This document shows positions 38,317 to 47,222 of a stretch of 64,000 bases of DNA, piece after piece (within the stretch, counting starts at the first letter, position 1; the number at the start of each line of letters is the position of its first letter). The notes beneath the pieces were generated by a model. That model saw only the letters and a list, made by a program, of their open reading frames with translations. It did not search any database and was not told the origin of the DNA. Source of the stretch: Candidatus Magasanikiibacteriota bacterium (GTDB lineage Bacteria > Patescibacteriota > Patescibacteriia > Magasanikbacterales > GWA2-37-8). A program made the position numbers and the translations under genes. The stretch spans positions 24,875 through 88,874 of the forward strand of contig JAHFHX010000003.1 in the NCBI GenBank assembly GCA_023246655.1, read 5' to 3'.

Positions 38317-39033
38317 ATGTCAAACCCCTGGGATGCCTTGAGTAAAAAATTTAATAGTCGTAAAAATATAACAGAGATTAATCCTGATGCGGCAGATAAC
38401 ATCCTCATTGCCTGGCCGCCAATGATCAATCAGATTAATAAACATTTCGAAAAAAATATTTCCATACTTGATTATGGTTGTGGCACGGGAGCATTGAGCG
38501 AAAAACTTTGGAGTTTGGGGTATAGGAGAATTGTTAGCATGGATGGTTCACAAGCAATGATCAGCATTGCCAACAACAATTACGGTGACCATATTAGCTT
38601 TGTGCGGGGTACGGCTGAAACCAAACTAATCACAGAGCTAGTCGATGTCATTATCGGTAGTATGGTGTTTCAATTTATTGAGGATATCGAAACGTTATTT
38701 AAAAACTTGATAGATATTCTAAAACCCCAAGGTTTACTCATTTTCGCAGTTCACAATCCCGAAGTTGTGAAAACCGCCATTGAGAGAAAACTCACACTCT
38801 TTACAGACTTTCAATCAGCAGAAAATCCAAGGAAGGGTTTAATACATTTGGGGACCGCTTCAATTCCGATATTTATCCGAACCACCGCTGAGTACGACGA
38901 AATAACTTGTCGTTTAGGACTCATTAAAGTATTTGAAAATCGCCCACCTTTCACCAAGGAATTTCTCGACAACTACCCCACTGAAGTACCTGACGTTTCA
39001 AATTTTCTTGTTTTAGGCTATACAAAAAAATAA
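38317..39033 (+). CDS. class I SAM-dependent methyltransferase (small-molecule type)
   Basis: Motif I ILDYGCGTGALSEKL. The ATG at 38317 (MSNPWD) is preferred over the track start at 38254. Confidence 0.7.
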   Translation: MSNPWDALSKKFNSRKNITEINPDAADNILIAWPPMINQINKHFEKNISILDYGCGTGALSEKLWSLGYRRIVSMDGSQAMISIANNNYGDHISFVRGTAETKLITELVDVIIGSMVFQFIEDIETLFKNLIDILKPQGLLIFAVHNPEVVKTAIERKLTLFTDFQSAENPRKGLIHLGTASIPIFIRTTAEYDEITCRLGLIKVFENRPPFTKEFLDNYPTEVPDVSNFLVLGYTKK

Positions 39034-39133
39034 AAGGCTTTCTTTGCGCGAATCACTTATTCTAAATATTAGAATAATGACTCTTCTTATTCTAGCCATT
39101 TCTCTTCTGCGGTTGATTTGACATCAGCTCTCT

Positions 39134-39170
39134 AATCTTATATAATCTTATATAGTTAATATATAAGATT
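39134..39170. promoter_or_regulatory. operator-like repeat: atcttatata as a 2x direct repeat plus the inverted copy tatataagat, upstream of fic
   Basis: Sequence taatcttatataatcttatatagttaatatataagatt, read directly from the sequence. Confidence 0.35.
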
Positions 39171-39176
39171 ACTTTT

Positions 39177-40235
39177 ATGGCTACCACCCGGCTGGACAAG
39201 CGATTAAAAACTATTCCCTCGGAAATCTGGCTTAAAATAAACAAGGTTGATGAACTCAAAGGTCAGTGGATTTCCGGGGCAAAATTGGACCCTCAAGTTT
39301 TAGATCGTCTTAAACGATCCGTTTTGATTACTTCCACCGGTGCCTCCACCCGTATTGAGGGCGCCAAACTATCGGACGAAGACATTGAAAAAATGATGCG
39401 CGGATTATCCACGCAAAAATTCGCCGACCGAGATGTACAAGAAGTGAAAGGTTACTACGAACTCCTTAACAACGTTTTTGATTCATGGAAACACATAAAA
39501 TTCAACGAGAATACAATAAAACATTTCCACAAAGAATTATTGAAGTATGCCGACAAAGACAAAATCCACCGTGGCGAATACAAAAAACAAGAAAACAGAG
39601 TACATATGGTTGACGAGGCCGGCAATTCTGTTGGCGTACTTTTTGATACCACGCCGGCGTACCTGACTCCAAAGGAAATGCAAGAACTGGTGGAGTGGAC
39701 AACCGGAGCATTAGAAAACAAAACTATTCATCCCCTCTTAACCATTGGCAATTTTTTGGTTGAGTTTTTGAACATACACCCATTTATTGATGGCAACGGC
39801 CGAATTTCACGCGTTCTAACTAATTTCTTACTGCTTAAAATGGGTTATGAATACATGCCCTATATTTCGCACGAGAAGTTAGTGGAAAATAGCAAATCCG
39901 AATACTACATTGCCCTGCGCCGAAGCCAAAAAACGATTAAAAAGAAAAATGAGGATGTAACACCGTGGCTTAACTTTTTTCTTGATATCCTTCTTGAGCA
40001 ATCCAAACAAGCCGTTGAATTGTTGTCAAAGGAAAATATTGAAAAATTGCTTTCGCCCAAACAATTGGCGGTATGGAAATATTTGAACACTGTCGCCGAA
40101 GCAACTCCAGCAGAAATATCTAAACACGCAAAAGTCGCCAGACCGACGATCAACCAGGTGGTGGATAAGTTATTACGTCTAAAAAAGATTGAACGGATTG
40201 GATCTGGTAGGACGACGAGATACAAAAAAATATAA
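39177..40235 (+). CDS. fic: Fic-family protein (class II architecture, with a C-terminal winged-helix domain)
   Basis: Fic motif HPFIDGNGRISR. The N-terminal inhibitory motif (S/T)xxxE(G/N) is present as STRIEG. C-terminal wHTH-like domain (GSGRTTRYK). Confidence 0.85.
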   Translation: MATTRLDKRLKTIPSEIWLKINKVDELKGQWISGAKLDPQVLDRLKRSVLITSTGASTRIEGAKLSDEDIEKMMRGLSTQKFADRDVQEVKGYYELLNNVFDSWKHIKFNENTIKHFHKELLKYADKDKIHRGEYKKQENRVHMVDEAGNSVGVLFDTTPAYLTPKEMQELVEWTTGALENKTIHPLLTIGNFLVEFLNIHPFIDGNGRISRVLTNFLLLKMGYEYMPYISHEKLVENSKSEYYIALRRSQKTIKKKNEDVTPWLNFFLDILLEQSKQAVELLSKENIEKLLSPKQLAVWKYLNTVAEATPAEISKHAKVARPTINQVVDKLLRLKKIERIGSGRTTRYKKI

Positions 40236-40424
40236 TCAAGTGAATTCGCCCCCCTTGATTGAACGAAAAAAACAAAAAGTTAAAATAATGTACATCCGAT
40301 AACAGCGTGTATACGGTTCCGCTCCGTTCCACCCATGTGTTTGACGCACATCGCATACACGCGGACGTTAGCTGAAATATTCTTTTTCTGGGCTAACGCC
40401 CAGTTGTTTTAAAAATATTTTTTG

Positions 40425-41150
40425 TTATCCTACATACTCAATCTCACTCTCATCCAATCTCCGTATTCCCTCCCCACTTGTTATTTCTTCATAGGTATGT
40501 GCAATGAGCCCCGGTATGCGGCCAAGAATGAAAAAACCGGTGGCGATACGCCAATCAAACCCCATGTCGGATAAAATCGCGGCGTTGGCACCATCCATAT
40601 TTAATGGCAAAGGCTTAGAAGAAATTTTGTTCAATGCCTCGCCAACCGCCACAGCAAACGCACAGTGCTTGCCATAGAGGCCAGTTTCTTTGGCAATCAT
40701 AAATAGAGTGTCGGAACGGTTATCATGGGTTAATACCCGATGCCCATATCCTGGAATGCGGACTTTTTTTTCTTTAAGATTCTTCACCAAGGCATCGACA
40801 TTAGCATTTTCCACATTTGTCTGCAAAAACTGCGCTGCCCCCTCAAGCGCCCCGCCATGTTTACTGCCACCCAGCGCTAAAATTCCGGCTGCGATTGACG
40901 TGTGCATTGCATTTCCAACCGACGCCACCATCCGTGGCACCATAGCAGATGCAACTCCAACACCGTGATCAATCATAGCTGTTAACATCGCATTGAGCAT
41001 CTTTGTTTCCGCTGGCGTTGGCAATTGCCCTCGCCAAATTAAAAATACGGTCTCAACGAAACTGTTATTCCGAACAAGATCGTGGAGATTTTTCCCTCGA
41101 ATAATTTCTTGGCCATCGTTGACATTGCTAATTGCAGTTTTCCACTTCAT
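40425..41150 (-). CDS. citrate synthase-like small protein (citryl-CoA lyase-like)
   Basis: Contains SKHGGALEGA (aligns with the citrate synthase HGGANE motif), GYGHRVLTHDNRSD (aligns with the GYGHAVLR catalytic His motif) and NMDGANA. Only 241 aa, covering just the C-terminal catalytic part. Confidence 0.55.
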   Translation of the reverse strand: MKWKTAISNVNDGQEIIRGKNLHDLVRNNSFVETVFLIWRGQLPTPAETKMLNAMLTAMIDHGVGVASAMVPRMVASVGNAMHTSIAAGILALGGSKHGGALEGAAQFLQTNVENANVDALVKNLKEKKVRIPGYGHRVLTHDNRSDTLFMIAKETGLYGKHCAFAVAVGEALNKISSKPLPLNMDGANAAILSDMGFDWRIATGFFILGRIPGLIAHTYEEITSGEGIRRLDESEIEYVG

Positions 41151-41241
41151 ATATGATCGAAAGATTAAAAGACTAGAAGGCTAGAAGATTGTGACCGCTC
41201 GCGAATCTCACAAAATCTTATAATCTTTCAATCTTATAATC

Positions 41242-42006
41242 TTAAATCTTCCTCGCCATAATCGCCATAAACAGCGGTATCTCTGCAAAACTTACATTCT
41301 CTTTTTTATTTGTACTCTTTTTATCACTCACCCACTCTTCAATTTTCTCAATCATGAGTCCTGCGTCAAACAAAAATTGAGCATACGCTGACAGTGGCTG
41401 ATGAAAACTCAAAGTTCGCTCACTCGCCCGCTGCCCAGGATGCATTTCAATGGGTATTTTCATGGGCGTCATATACCGTGTTACCCATCGATGTTGTTGT
41501 TTATTTTCGGAAATTCCCCAGCCGCTCTGTCGGGGAATTCTAAAGGCTGGGTGATTAATTACAAATATAAATCGCCCATCCCTTTTTAAATGCTGCGTTG
41601 CATTCGCAATCGCTCGCTCCGGATGCTCCATATTCTGCAAACTAAATAAGGCTATGGCATGAGAAAAATCTTTTTTAACAATCGGCAGTGGCGCCGTGGC
41701 ATCGGCCACTGTATATTCATGTTGTGAATTTTTATCCTGCATTCGCGCCGCCTTAATTAAGCTCGGAGCCGAATCAATGCCATGATAAAAAATATCTTTA
41801 GAAAGATGGCGCGCTAAAATTCCCTGACCTGCACCAATATCAAGCACACTGTCCCCGGCTTTCAAATGCGTGAGTTTAAGCACCCCAGGTATCACCACAT
41901 GTTGATGATAGTAGTGCCCTTCCTTGCCAACTAACTTATTATACCAACCACTGGATTGTTCCCACGACGTCTCGCTCCGTTGATAAAATTTTTTCTTTTT
42001 ATGCAT
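41242..42006 (-). CDS. class I SAM-dependent methyltransferase
   Basis: Motif I VLDIGAGQGILARHL. Confidence 0.7.
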   Translation of the reverse strand: MHKKKKFYQRSETSWEQSSGWYNKLVGKEGHYYHQHVVIPGVLKLTHLKAGDSVLDIGAGQGILARHLSKDIFYHGIDSAPSLIKAARMQDKNSQHEYTVADATAPLPIVKKDFSHAIALFSLQNMEHPERAIANATQHLKRDGRFIFVINHPAFRIPRQSGWGISENKQQHRWVTRYMTPMKIPIEMHPGQRASERTLSFHQPLSAYAQFLFDAGLMIEKIEEWVSDKKSTNKKENVSFAEIPLFMAIMARKI

Positions 42007-42047
42007 ACATCACTATTTCCTTATTTCTCTATTTCATTATTTCCGTT

Positions 42048-43004
42048 TTATTCTCTAAATTCCCCCTGCCGCACCGAACGGCGCAGAAGCCACCACAATA
42101 CTACCACACCACCAACAATAATAACCACTCGCTTTGGATTATTATGATCAGAAACAGTATTCCATATCGGCTCTACCTTCTCCACATAAGGCACTGCCTT
42201 ATTCCAATACTCCTGCCCCTTGGCATAATATTCCTTACCCTTATCAAATGTCGACTTTGTTTGAGAATAAACTGCTTCGATTTTTCCAGCTGTCGAGGTA
42301 ATGGTGTTAGCTACCTGTTCTGCTTGAGCTAAAATTTCTCGATTCTTCTGAAAAATATTCTGCGCACTAGCCGCAATATTGCTAGCAATACCAAAAGCAC
42401 TGGTAGTTTCTTTTCTTCCTGGAGCCACCAACGTCAAGGTATCACCTTCTTTCTTCACTAGCACGCGAGTAGTGCCAAGAATGGCTAGCCGCTCAGTTGA
42501 TGTATTTACTGCTAACGTGCTACTGGAGAATTCCGTCTGGGGAGTGGGGAATGTTACGGCCCCAGGCACAATCTTCGTATCACCAATCGTGAGCGGCGCA
42601 CCAGTGAAACTATTTATCTGTCCAACATCTAATTCTTGCCGCTTACCTTTTTCGTCAATCGCCACCGCCTTAATGAATCGTGCTCCTAATGTATGTTCAC
42701 CTTCCGTTGGCTCCCAAAAAACGCGTATCTGTTGGGCGCTCTCTTTAAATAAATTTTTTATTTCCACCGTATCAATTATTTCGCCATTATCATAAAACCC
42801 CACCTGTCCCTCCAAAGCATAATAATCATTATTAATAATTACACTATATACGCGCACCGTCTCATGTGGAACAAACGACGTGCGCGAAAACCAAATGCCA
42901 GTCGAGGGCACAAAGCCAACGCCAGCGGCATAAACACTAGATGGTAATAAAAAAATTATCAAAAATAGAATTCTTCCAAAGATACGCATAACATTATATT
43001 TCAA
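42048..43004 (-). CDS. hypothetical secreted protein with a C-terminal membrane anchor
   Basis: Signal peptide ILFLIIFLLPSSVYA and a C-terminal TM helix VVIIVGGVVVLWWLL. Low GC. Confidence 0.55.
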   Translation of the reverse strand: MKYNVMRIFGRILFLIIFLLPSSVYAAGVGFVPSTGIWFSRTSFVPHETVRVYSVIINNDYYALEGQVGFYDNGEIIDTVEIKNLFKESAQQIRVFWEPTEGEHTLGARFIKAVAIDEKGKRQELDVGQINSFTGAPLTIGDTKIVPGAVTFPTPQTEFSSSTLAVNTSTERLAILGTTRVLVKKEGDTLTLVAPGRKETTSAFGIASNIAASAQNIFQKNREILAQAEQVANTITSTAGKIEAVYSQTKSTFDKGKEYYAKGQEYWNKAVPYVEKVEPIWNTVSDHNNPKRVVIIVGGVVVLWWLLRRSVRQGEFRE

Positions 43005-43840
43005 TTCATAAACGCAGATACAAATTCCTGCGTATTAAGATGGAGTTCTCGTACTTGAGGCAGTTTGCCAGATATAAGATATTTACGAAGCAAACCAGTA
43101 TTATATTCTAAAGCTAATCGTTGTGTTTTTTGTACCGATTGTTTCTCTGATACAGCTGCACGGAAATATAAGGGACTCTTAATCTTTCGAAATACTCTAT
43201 GGATAATGGTTTGATACTGCTCACCTAATAACCAAGATATCAAAATAATTTTGTTAGCACTAAGGTCATTATGAGCAATTTTTTGTGCTACTATCCTAAA
43301 ACCCTCCATAAGCTGAGAGAGTTGCGCTGTGGCACTCAATGTATTGGGATCAATATGAAACGACAAGGCTCCATCTGGTTCCTGCTCATAATATACTACC
43401 TTATTGACGTACCTATCTTGATTTTTGGGATGTTCCTCATGAGCTCCCCAAAACGCAAGGTAGTAACGATCTCGTCCAAGAGAAACAATTTTTTCTGCTA
43501 ACTTTAAAGGAGTAAATGAGCTACTCTCTGCTTGTTGAAGAGCAAAACTTTTCAACTTATCAATTTTATCATGTAGTTGACGCATACGTACTTTAACCGT
43601 TGATTGTATGTCCGTCGATACGGACTGCAGTATCTCTTGATAGAGCTCAAAACAACGAGCAAATCGTCGAAAGGATTCATTATGTATCAAATTTTGAATC
43701 TTTTCTTGTATTTCATGAGGGTTAGATTGACTATCATACAAATCACCGGGTTCGAGCAAATTATAAAAATCATCCGGGGTTCCCTCTCTCATATTGGATT
43801 TCTTAGAACCAAATAATCCCATATATTTGATACTAAACAA
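43001..43840 (-). CDS. hypothetical cytoplasmic protein (279 aa)
   Basis: Overlaps the downstream gene by 4 nt, suggesting an operon. Markedly AT-rich. No motif recognised. Confidence 0.5.
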   Translation of the reverse strand: MFSIKYMGLFGSKKSNMREGTPDDFYNLLEPGDLYDSQSNPHEIQEKIQNLIHNESFRRFARCFELYQEILQSVSTDIQSTVKVRMRQLHDKIDKLKSFALQQAESSSFTPLKLAEKIVSLGRDRYYLAFWGAHEEHPKNQDRYVNKVVYYEQEPDGALSFHIDPNTLSATAQLSQLMEGFRIVAQKIAHNDLSANKIILISWLLGEQYQTIIHRVFRKIKSPLYFRAAVSEKQSVQKTQRLALEYNTGLLRKYLISGKLPQVRELHLNTQEFVSAFMN

Positions 43841-44801
43841 ATGGTTTCACCAACTTCACTAACTCTTCATATGTATCGGCAATCATTGCCCCGACTGCTT
43901 TGAGCGCTGCTTCCTTCTCTGTTGCCCCTTGTCCTCGCGCTACAATTGCTCCCGCGTGGCCGATGTTCATGCCTTCGGGGAGCATCTGAGCAAACTTGCC
44001 CCCGATGTAAATCGCCAAAGGCTTCGTAAATTCTTTATTTTTTATTAATTCAACAATCTCAAACTCATAACTGCCACCATGCTCACCAAAAATAATCACG
44101 GCTTTGGTTTGTTCGTCTTTCTCAAACAGTCGTAACACATCAGCATACGTTGTGCCCATGAGCAAATCACCACCAACATGCACTGCTGCACTCTGCCCGA
44201 GTCCCGCTTGCCGAATAATCCACGACAATTCATTCGTCATACCGCCCGAACGAGAGATAACACCAATCGAACCGGGCTGAAAAATTTCCCGCACTAAGGG
44301 ACCGCCGACAACTCCAATTCGTCCGACATCTGGCACGATCAAACCCAATGAACTCGGACCAACAATCCTGACTCCTCGCTCTTTCGCCGCTGCCAAACAA
44401 TAGGCCGTATCTTTAATCGGAATCCGCTCCACAAAAATATTTATGAGAGGAATATTGTTTTCAATCGCTTCGAGGATGGCGGCTTTGGCGGCGAAAGGGG
44501 GAACGTAAACAACAGCTACCCAATTGTCATTGCGAGGAGCCGAAGGCGACGCGGCAATCTCCCCGTTTTCCTCTTGTCGGGGGGATTGCTTCGCTCCTTC
44601 GTCGCTCGCAATGACAGCGAGAGCCTCCCGCACCGTATCAAACACCGGCTTACCCTCAACTTCCTGTCCACCTTTTTTCGGTGTCACGCCGCACACTACA
44701 TTAATGCCGTAATCCAACATTGCCTTGGCCGCCTTTTGGCCTTCTTTACCAGTCATGCCTTGAATGAGAACGTTGGTTTCGGATGAAATAAGAATACTCA
44801 T
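43833..44801 (-). CDS. sucD: succinate--CoA ligase alpha subunit-like (SucD family), with an in-frame repeat insertion
   Basis: CoA-binding motifs NVLIQGMTGKEGQ and VVYVPPFAAKAAILEAIENNIPL. Extra segment ASDEGAKQSPRQEENGEIAASPSAPRND. Confidence 0.8.
   Translation of the reverse strand: MSILISSETNVLIQGMTGKEGQKAAKAMLDYGINVVCGVTPKKGGQEVEGKPVFDTVREALAVIASDEGAKQSPRQEENGEIAASPSAPRNDNWVAVVYVPPFAAKAAILEAIENNIPLINIFVERIPIKDTAYCLAAAKERGVRIVGPSSLGLIVPDVGRIGVVGGPLVREIFQPGSIGVISRSGGMTNELSWIIRQAGLGQSAAVHVGGDLLMGTTYADVLRLFEKDEQTKAVIIFGEHGGSYEFEIVELIKNKEFTKPLAIYIGGKFAQMLPEGMNIGHAGAIVARGQGATEKEAALKAVGAMIADTYEELVKLVKPFV
44525..44616. repeat. palindromic element (tgtcattgcgaggag...tcgctcgcaatgaca) inserted in frame inside sucD
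   Basis: Same subtype as the intergenic copy at 36307-36428. Confidence 0.75.
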
Positions 44802-46042
44802 ACTGTTTTTGTGGTCACTGCGTTAACCATCTCTGCCAACACTTTCGCCGTCTCGCTCATACTTGTCTCTTTGGTAAATAATTTTATATTGAAATTATTC
44901 CGCGTTGCACACTCTCGCATCAGAGCAAACGCTTCTTGGCTCTCCGGACCATCGCGACGCACCACAATCGGATACGTCGGTTTTATTTCATCGAGCGCAT
45001 CGATAATTCCCAAAAAGGTTTCTTTGATATTGGTAAAATTCGCCACCACTCCCGCCATCCAAAGTCCGCGGAGCGCCGGCTTAGACAAAACAATTTTTGC
45101 GAGTTGATACACTTTCTCTCGCGGCGGATTCCCCGAATACTCCGTATAATTTGCCGGTTTGAGACCAGCTTTTATTAATGCGTCCATATTCGCAATGCTT
45201 GCTCCGCCGCCATTCAAAATCATTGCAATATCGCCGTCGAGCTCAATATATTTCCCGGCCGTACCTCGGTAATACGCTTCGCCTTCATCAATTTTTTTCA
45301 CAGCGACCTCCCGCTCCGTCGGCAGCCGCCCCATCATTGTCCGCGGCTCGAGTTGATTCCACTCCTCATGCCTAAAAAACGCGTCATCATCAATTGCCAC
45401 TTTTGCATCCGCCGCGACCCATTGACCATCGGCGGTTTTAACGAGCGGGTTGATTTCTACGAGACGGGTGTCTTCGGTTAGGAAGCAAGACCAGAGCGAT
45501 TGCACCACCGACGACCACCCCCGCCCCCCTCCTTCGTAAGGAGGGGTCAACGAATCGTTGCGGCCACTTGAGGTGTCCCCTCCTTGCGAAGGAGGGGAAT
45601 AAGGGGTGGTTTCGCTTCGCACATCCACCCACGTCTTTTCAATCTTTTCTTCCGGAACATCCTCAATATCCATTCCGCCCTGTCGCGAATAAATCACCAC
45701 CGGCTGTTTTTTGTTGGTATCGTAAGTAATCGATAAATAATGTTCCTCAGCAATGGAAAGTTCCTCCTCAATTAAAACTGCCGCTACATATTGCCCGCTA
45801 ATATTTAGCTTAAACAAATCATTAATAGCGGCTACACCATCTTCAACACTGGAACAAAATCTTATTCCATTATTCTTCCCGCGCTTACCACTAAGCACTT
45901 GGGCTTTCACAACAAAATTCTTAATTCTTAGCTCTTCAATCTTCATTCTGGCATCATCTCCACGCCGAACCACTACGCCTTTTGGCGTGACAATGCCGTG
46001 CTTTTCAAATAATTTTTTCCCTTCAAATTCGTATAAATTCAT
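44798..46042 (-). CDS. sucC: succinate--CoA ligase beta subunit-like (SucC family, ATP-grasp), with an in-frame repeat insertion
   Basis: N-terminus MNLYEFEGKKLFEKHGIVTPKG, and ...LVEINPLV. Extra segment YSPPSQGGDTSSGRNDSLTPPYEGGGRGWSS relative to the SucC layout. Confidence 0.8.
   Translation of the reverse strand: MNLYEFEGKKLFEKHGIVTPKGVVVRRGDDARMKIEELRIKNFVVKAQVLSGKRGKNNGIRFCSSVEDGVAAINDLFKLNISGQYVAAVLIEEELSIAEEHYLSITYDTNKKQPVVIYSRQGGMDIEDVPEEKIEKTWVDVRSETTPYSPPSQGGDTSSGRNDSLTPPYEGGGRGWSSVVQSLWSCFLTEDTRLVEINPLVKTADGQWVAADAKVAIDDDAFFRHEEWNQLEPRTMMGRLPTEREVAVKKIDEGEAYYRGTAGKYIELDGDIAMILNGGGASIANMDALIKAGLKPANYTEYSGNPPREKVYQLAKIVLSKPALRGLWMAGVVANFTNIKETFLGIIDALDEIKPTYPIVVRRDGPESQEAFALMRECATRNNFNIKLFTKETSMSETAKVLAEMVNAVTTKTV
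45505..45625. repeat. palindromic repeat element, family B (cccctccttcgtaaggagggg ... cccctccttgcgaaggagggg), inside the sucC coding sequence
   Basis: Two near-perfect 21-bp palindromes separated by a gaatcgttgcgg-containing spacer. Homologous to the element in rsmE. Confidence 0.75.
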
Positions 46043-46047
46043 AATAA

Positions 46048-46857
46048 CTATTCCTTTATATACATGGCGTGGTCCACAGTATCTTCGCTTGGAGGAGGAA
46101 ACTTAACCACTTCATCTAACCTAAAACCATATTTTTCTGGATTAAATCCATGTGTTGCTCGCCCAATAATTAAGGCATCCCCCGGCTGTAAGATTCTCGC
46201 CATTTCCGCAAGACATGCTTCGCGATACTGAGCCCCAGCAGTGTCTGCCTCTAAACGCCTCTTCGCGAATCTATGTGTAGACTCTTTTTGTAAGACAGCC
46301 TCCAGTTCCAATCTTCCCACTTCACTCAACTGAAAAAACTCAAGCCCACTCATATACACTACAGTCTTGCCAACGCCCTCAATCTGTGATAAAAATGTTA
46401 AAATATCTTCATTAATGTAAAATTCTGGTATCTGCTCTTCGCCAATCCGAGCAGTCTGTATTTGAGGTTGTACGGCTTTATCAACCCCAATATAACGGGT
46501 AGCACCAAAAGCTTCAGCTAATGCCCGTGGTTCTCCCGAAGCTTTCGGATCACCGCAAGGAAGATCAATAAAAGTACGACCCTTGACCAAATCTCTAAAT
46601 TTTTGTCCAAACGGAGTTAAAACATCATCGGACACGTCGTGCCGTATCGCTTCAGCCGGACGCGGCTCTTGAAAATTATAACCATCCCACTCCAGAAATA
46701 ACCTTTTTTGTTTCGAAATTGCATCAATCAAATATTTAGAAAAATTCTGAGATGAACCTACCACTTCAGCTTTTTCCCTAAGTAATGTATATGTCGCAGG
46801 GGTCCTTCGAGTTAAAAACTCTCCCAATATCCTTTGTGTCTGTCTGCTTTCTCTCAT
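46048..46857 (-). CDS. hypothetical protein (possible Rossmann-fold methyltransferase-like)
   Basis: Weak motif-I-like FIDLPCGD and RYIGVDKA. Not confidently assigned. Confidence 0.45.
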   Translation of the reverse strand: MRESRQTQRILGEFLTRRTPATYTLLREKAEVVGSSQNFSKYLIDAISKQKRLFLEWDGYNFQEPRPAEAIRHDVSDDVLTPFGQKFRDLVKGRTFIDLPCGDPKASGEPRALAEAFGATRYIGVDKAVQPQIQTARIGEEQIPEFYINEDILTFLSQIEGVGKTVVYMSGLEFFQLSEVGRLELEAVLQKESTHRFAKRRLEADTAGAQYREACLAEMARILQPGDALIIGRATHGFNPEKYGFRLDEVVKFPPPSEDTVDHAMYIKE

Positions 46858-47222
46858 ACATCATCGACGTCTATTGTAAAATCCATCCTAAACTCCTTGC
46901 CATAATCTTTAAACCCCAAACTCTCGTACCAGGCATGCACCTGCGGACGACTATAGCGGCTGGTGCCGATAAGCTTGTAGCACCCGTGCCCTTTGGCCTC
47001 GGCAATCACCATTTCGACGAGCTTGGTACCAATGCCTCGCCCTCGCATATCTTCATCAACTAAAAGATCAGTAAAAAAACCATACAAAGTATCGTCTTTA
47101 GAAATAACATACAGGTAAGCGCGCCCCACCTCTCGCCCATTCTCTTCAGCACTAACCCGTACTGCATATGCATCACGTTTAATTTCTTTTTTAAACTCCA
47201 TAACATCGTTTACGATTGTCAT
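46854..47222 (-). CDS. GNAT-family N-acetyltransferase
   Basis: Motif A RGRGIGTKLVEMVIAEAKGHG. The track extends the N-terminus into the repeat at 47217-47303; the start at MTIVNDV (47222) is preferred. Confidence 0.7.
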   Translation of the reverse strand: MTIVNDVMEFKKEIKRDAYAVRVSAEENGREVGRAYLYVISKDDTLYGFFTDLLVDEDMRGRGIGTKLVEMVIAEAKGHGCYKLIGTSRYSRPQVHAWYESLGFKDYGKEFRMDFTIDVDDV

